From contig OZ336890.1 in NCBI GenBank assembly GCA_965287045.1, forward strand, positions 36,022,001 through 36,086,000: a stretch of DNA of 64,000 nucleotides, written 5' to 3'. This document shows, piece by piece, positions 60,387 to 64,000 of the stretch (positions are counted from its first letter, which is position 1; each line of letters begins with the position of its first letter). A program made the translations under genes and the position numbers. The notes under the pieces were generated by a model that saw nothing but the letters and a program-made list of their open reading frames with translations, was not told where the DNA came from and did not search any database. The DNA comes from Carcharhinus amblyrhynchos. Taxonomy: Eukaryota.

Positions 60387-60619
60387 TTCTCGGCCTTTTG
60401 GCTAATGTCTAGCATCAGATCAAGCCTAAAATAGGGTCCAATTCCTCATCTTGTCAACTTGGATCTTGTTTTTCTCTCTTGAGGGGGCCATCAATTAGAC
60501 TCAATCGGAATTTGTATTTGGTTTTTGGACCAAGCAGGGGATGGATTTAGGTTTGCCCAGTCCATTCTGACCATTGACTTTATAACTTGAAGGATGGAGT
60601 AAAGATTTTTTTTAAAAAA
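60387..60619 (+). pseudogene. U2 snRNA-derived insertion (retrocopy or U2-derived SINE)
   Basis: TTCTCGGCCTTTTGGCTAA equals U2 nt 6-24 (19/19). Colinear similarity continues through stem IIa/IIb, the Sm site (TGGTTTTTGG) and stem III (GCAGGGGATGGA..TTGCCCAGTCCATTC). T/A-rich end. Confidence 0.8.
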
Positions 60620-60949
60620 CCCACAAGGTTGGAATCCCGCCTCTGAGAGTTGGCAGCCAATCAGAGGCTGGGCAGCTCTTCATTGTCCATCAGCACCACC
60701 AGGAGCAGTGGCTGCTGCCGGTAATACACCCAATAGAGGTCTAGGAGTTTTGAGGGACCCAAGCCACAGGTGATTGAGGGCGGAATGGGGGTTTCTGGGA
60801 GGGGATGACTGGCTGGGAGGAGGGCACAAGATCAGAAAAAAAGAACAGGGGTCGGAATTCAGCATCCGCTCCCGCCCACTTCCAGATGTTGGGTAAAGGC
60901 AGTAAAAAATAGACCACCAGCCCTTCTCCCTCCCTGGAATGGGTGAGTT

Positions 60950-61376
60950 GTCTCTTGAGGATAGGCCAGCTATGTTTGCATCCAGTAGAAATGAGAAGAG
61001 TAAGAGGTGGCTTGATCAAAACCTTTAAGATCCTTAGGAGTCTTGACAAGATGGAAAGGATGTTTCCTCTTGACAGAAACTCCAGAGCCAGAGACCATTG
61101 TTTAAAAGTAAAGGGTAGCTCACTTAAGACAGAGATAAGGAGAAATTTATCCTCTCAGAGGATGGAGAATATCTGGAGCTAACTTCCTCAAAAGTCAGTG
61201 GAAGCATAGTCTTCAAATATTTTTAAGGCTGCGCGACATAGATTCTCGATTAACAAGGGGATGAAACACTATCGGGGTAGGCAGGAATATGGTGTTGAAG
61301 TTACAGTAAGATCAGCCAGGAATCAGGCTCAAGGGGCCTAGTGGTCTCTCCTGCTCCTAATCTGTGTGTTTGTACG
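60950..61376 (+). mobile_element. CR1 LINE 3' end
   Basis: ORF 60943-61182 EMRRVRGGLIKTFKILR.LD..SRARDHCLKVKG..EIRRN.SSQR..NIWS. Confidence 0.9.
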
Positions 61377-62019
61377 TAAGTCTGCAAGAAAACTCAACAG
61401 GGTTTCAGGTTCCTCTTGTGAAGACCTCAACTGCCAGTCATTGGTTGAGTACCAATGGTGGCAGAATGAGGCCCTTGAGTGGGCATTAATGAACTGCCCA
61501 TTTAAGGGCCTCAATTAGCATCTGGGCAGGAAATCTATCCATGAACCTTCCTGGCGTGGTCCTAACTAGACCACATTGCAACCCTCCCTCCCCCACCCCG
61601 ATTAAACGCCCCTTGCCTCCAAAACTGCCACCGGGAGGGGGTATTAAATTTTGCTCATAGCCAGGATGTGCCACAGTGGATACCTCTTGCTATTATAATC
61701 AAAATTTATGCCTGTGAGCATAAATATTTCCAAGGTAAATAGTCATTTAGTAATAAAGAATGAGAGTAATGCTGGAAAAAAAGGCATTCATCATGCACTC
61801 ATCAGGACAGACAAGATACCTGTGCGACAGACAGTAGTAGAGAACTCATTGGATGATTTCTCAAATCTGCCAATAGGTTGAGAAAATCTGTAAATATGTT
61901 CTTTAGTAGTCTGATAAGTCCTCGGAGGTGAAAGTCCCTTCACCGGAATTCCTTTATTTACAAGACCCAACAATACGATAGAGGGTGCAGCCTACATCAG
62001 AAGTACAAAGGAACGGACT

Positions 62020-64000
62020 CATAAGAACATAAGAAATAGGAGCAGGAGTAGGCCATCTAGCCCTTCGAGCCTGCCCCGCCATTCAATAAGATCATGGCTG
62101 ATCTGTCGTGGCTCAGTTCCGCATTCCCGCCCTCTCCCCATAACCTTTAATCCCCTCTCTTATCAAAAACCCATCAACCCGCGTCTTAAAAATATTTAGC
62201 GAGGTAGCCTCCACCACTTCAACGGGCAGAGAATTCCAGAGATTCACCACCGTTTGGGTGAAGAAGTTCCTCCTCAATTCCGTTCTAAACCACCCCCCCT
62301 TTATCTTGAGGCTGTGCCCCCAGTCCTATTATCCTTTCTGAGCGGGAAGAGTCTCTCCACCTCTATCCTATCCATCCCATTCATCATCTTATACGTCTCA
62401 ATGAGATCTCCCCTCATTCTTCTAAACTCTAACGAGTACAAGCCTAGTTTATTCAGCCTCTCCTCATAGCTCAACCCCCTCAACTCCGGTATCAGCCTAG
62501 TAAACCTCCTCTGCACTCCCTCCAAGGCCAAAATATCCTTGCGTAAGTACGGTGCCCAAAACTGCACACAGTACTCCAGTTGCGGCCTCACCAATGCCCT
62601 ATACAGCCGCAGCAAGACCTCCCTACTTTTATATTCAATCCCCCTCGCTATGAAGGCCAGCATCCCATTCGCCTTCCTGATCACCTGCTGCACCTGCAAG
62701 CTGGGTTTTTGCGACTCATGCACAAGGACCCCGAGGTCCCTCTGCACCGTCGCCTGCTGCAGTTTTTCGCCACTTAAGTAATATTCCTTCCTACCATTAT
62801 TCCTACCAAAGTGGACCACCTCGCACTTGCCAACATTAAATTCCATTTGCCATTTCCTGGCCCATTCGCCCAGCCTATCTAGATCCTTCTGTAGACTCTC
62901 CACACCCTCCGCACAATTTGCCTTTCCTCCAATCTTGGTATCATCAGCAAATTTCGACACCATACACTCGGTTCCCTCCTCCAGATCATCTATATAAATG
63001 GTAAATAGCTGAGGCCCCAGCACCGACCCCTGGGGCACTCCACTAGTCACCAACCGCCAATCCGAATAGCACCCATTGACCCCCACTCTCTGCCTCCTAT
63101 TTGACAACCAATCCTCTATCCACGCTAACATCCTACCCCCAACTCCATGTCCCCTGACCTTCTGCAATAACCTCTTGTGAGGTACCTTGTCAAACGCCTT
63201 CTGAAAATCCAGAAAGACCACATCCACCGGCTCTCCTCTATCCACCACCCTAGACACATCCTCATAGAACTCCAGTAAATTTGTCAGACATGACTTCCCT
63301 TTAACGAAACCGTGCTGCGTCTGCTCTATCAAGCAATTCCTCTCAAAATGCCTCGCTATTTCCTCCTTGATGATGGATTCTAACATTTTACTTACAACAG
63401 ACGTTAAACTAACCGGCCTATAATTCCCTGCCTTTTGCCTGGCACCCTTCTTAAACAACAGTGTAACATTAGCCGTTTTCCAATCTTCCGGCACTTACCC
63501 GGAATCCAGCGACGTCTGGAAAATAACCACCAAGGCATCCACTATCACCTCCGCCATTTCTTTCAGAACCCTCGGATGCATTCCATCCGGTCCTGGCGAC
63601 TTGTCCACAATCAGTCCCTCCAGTCTGTCGAGCACCTCCTCTCTAGTAACATTAATGTCATTGAGACCCTCCAGTCCTACCACCTTTCCATCTCTAACAC
63701 CTGGCAAATTATTCACGTCCTCCTCCGTGAAGACAGAAACAAAAAAGTTATTCAGGACCTCAGCCATATCCCCATCCCCTACCACTAAGTCCCCCTTCTA
63801 AGGGACCAATGTTCACCCTAGCCAGCCTCTTCCTTTTTATATATTTATAAAAACTCTTGCTATCCTTTTTTATATTAAGCGCTAGCCCAGCTTCATAGTT
63901 TCTCCTACCCTTCTTTATCATCTTCTTTGTCAATCTTTGTTGACATTTAAACCTCTCCCAATCCTCTTCTCGCCCACTACTCTTTGCTACTCTAAACGCC
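62020..64000 (-). mobile_element. Young CR1 LINE (3' about 2 kb; continues beyond the window)
   Basis: (TTCTTATG)n tail at about 62020-62035, 3' UTR, and ORF2 RT region with few lesions. Confidence 0.97.
62301..63494 (-). CDS. CR1 ORF2 reverse transcriptase domain (open segment of a disrupted ORF)
   Basis: PEDWKTANV..NYRPVSLTS..QHGF..KSCLTNL..LDFQKAFDKV..GVPQGSVLGP.LF..FADDTK. Preceded in frame by a single TAA (63495-97); frameshift near 62320. Confidence 0.9.
   Translation of the reverse strand: MPEDWKTANVTLLFKKGARQKAGNYRPVSLTSVVSKMLESIIKEEIARHFERNCLIEQTQHGFVKGKSCLTNLLEFYEDVSRVVDRGEPVDVVFLDFQKAFDKVPHKRLLQKVRGHGVGGRMLAWIEDWLSNRRQRVGVNGCYSDWRLVTSGVPQGSVLGPQLFTIYIDDLEEGTECMVSKFADDTKIGGKANCAEGVESLQKDLDRLGEWARKWQMEFNVGKCEVVHFGRNNGRKEYYLSGEKLQQATVQRDLGVLVHESQKPSLQVQQVIRKANGMLAFIARGIEYKSREVLLRLYRALVRPQLEYCVQFWAPYLRKDILALEGVQRRFTRLIPELRGLSYEERLNKLGLYSLEFRRMRGDLIETYKMMNGMDRIEVERLFPLRKDNRTGGTASR

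Larger units (their letters stand above)
60264..61656. mobile_element. Harbinger-type non-autonomous element hosting two retro-insertions
   Basis: TIR GAGCAGAATTTAA (60264-76) and TTAAATTTTGCTC (61644-56), a 12/13 inverted match; flanks TTA/ATA. Confidence 0.75.

Noticed and set aside
60387-60619. Functional U2 snRNA gene
   Set aside because: The 5' ATCGC is missing, the GTAGTA branch-recognition sequence is altered, stem IV is absent, and it is embedded in a transposon.
1-64000. CRISPR array, operon or other prokaryotic/viral system; minus-strand excess of SINEs as proof of a host gene
   Set aside because: There are no regularly spaced repeat-spacer units or gene-dense segments. The orientation skew (roughly 2:1 in about 30 copies) is too small a sample to support a claim.

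Overview
This is non-coding, repeat-rich vertebrate DNA, almost certainly from a shark or ray (inferred from HE1-type V-SINEs and elasmobranch-style CR1 tails). I find no intact cellular protein-coding gene, rRNA, genuine tRNA or CRISPR array. Nearly all ORFs in the track are antisense or off-frame readings of repeats. The window holds about 30 tRNA-derived V-SINE copies in two tail variants, several other SINE families (including Deu-domain SINEs), many 5'-truncated CR1 and Rex1/Babar LINE ends, and one young CR1 with a 397-aa RT ORF that runs off the right edge. It also holds Penelope-like fragments, a decayed hAT transposase, Harbinger transposase and Myb-protein relics, many GG-ended MITEs with 3-bp TSDs, and at least one solo LTR. 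The unique AT-rich blocks between repeats look like possible enhancers or conserved non-coding elements. The most notable observations are: (1) a remodelled, near-full-length U2 snRNA-derived insertion inside a DNA transposon (candidate U2-derived SINE, about 60387-60619); (2) a V-SINE variant whose 3' end matches the Rex1/Babar LINE tail rather than the CR1 tail; (3) degenerate minimal hammerhead-ribozyme motifs in short repeats; (4) a three-level nested insertion at about 26 kb; and (5) a near-perfect 69-bp copy placed 1.7 kb from its source. All family names come from recalled consensus motifs, not database searches, and most boundaries are approximate.
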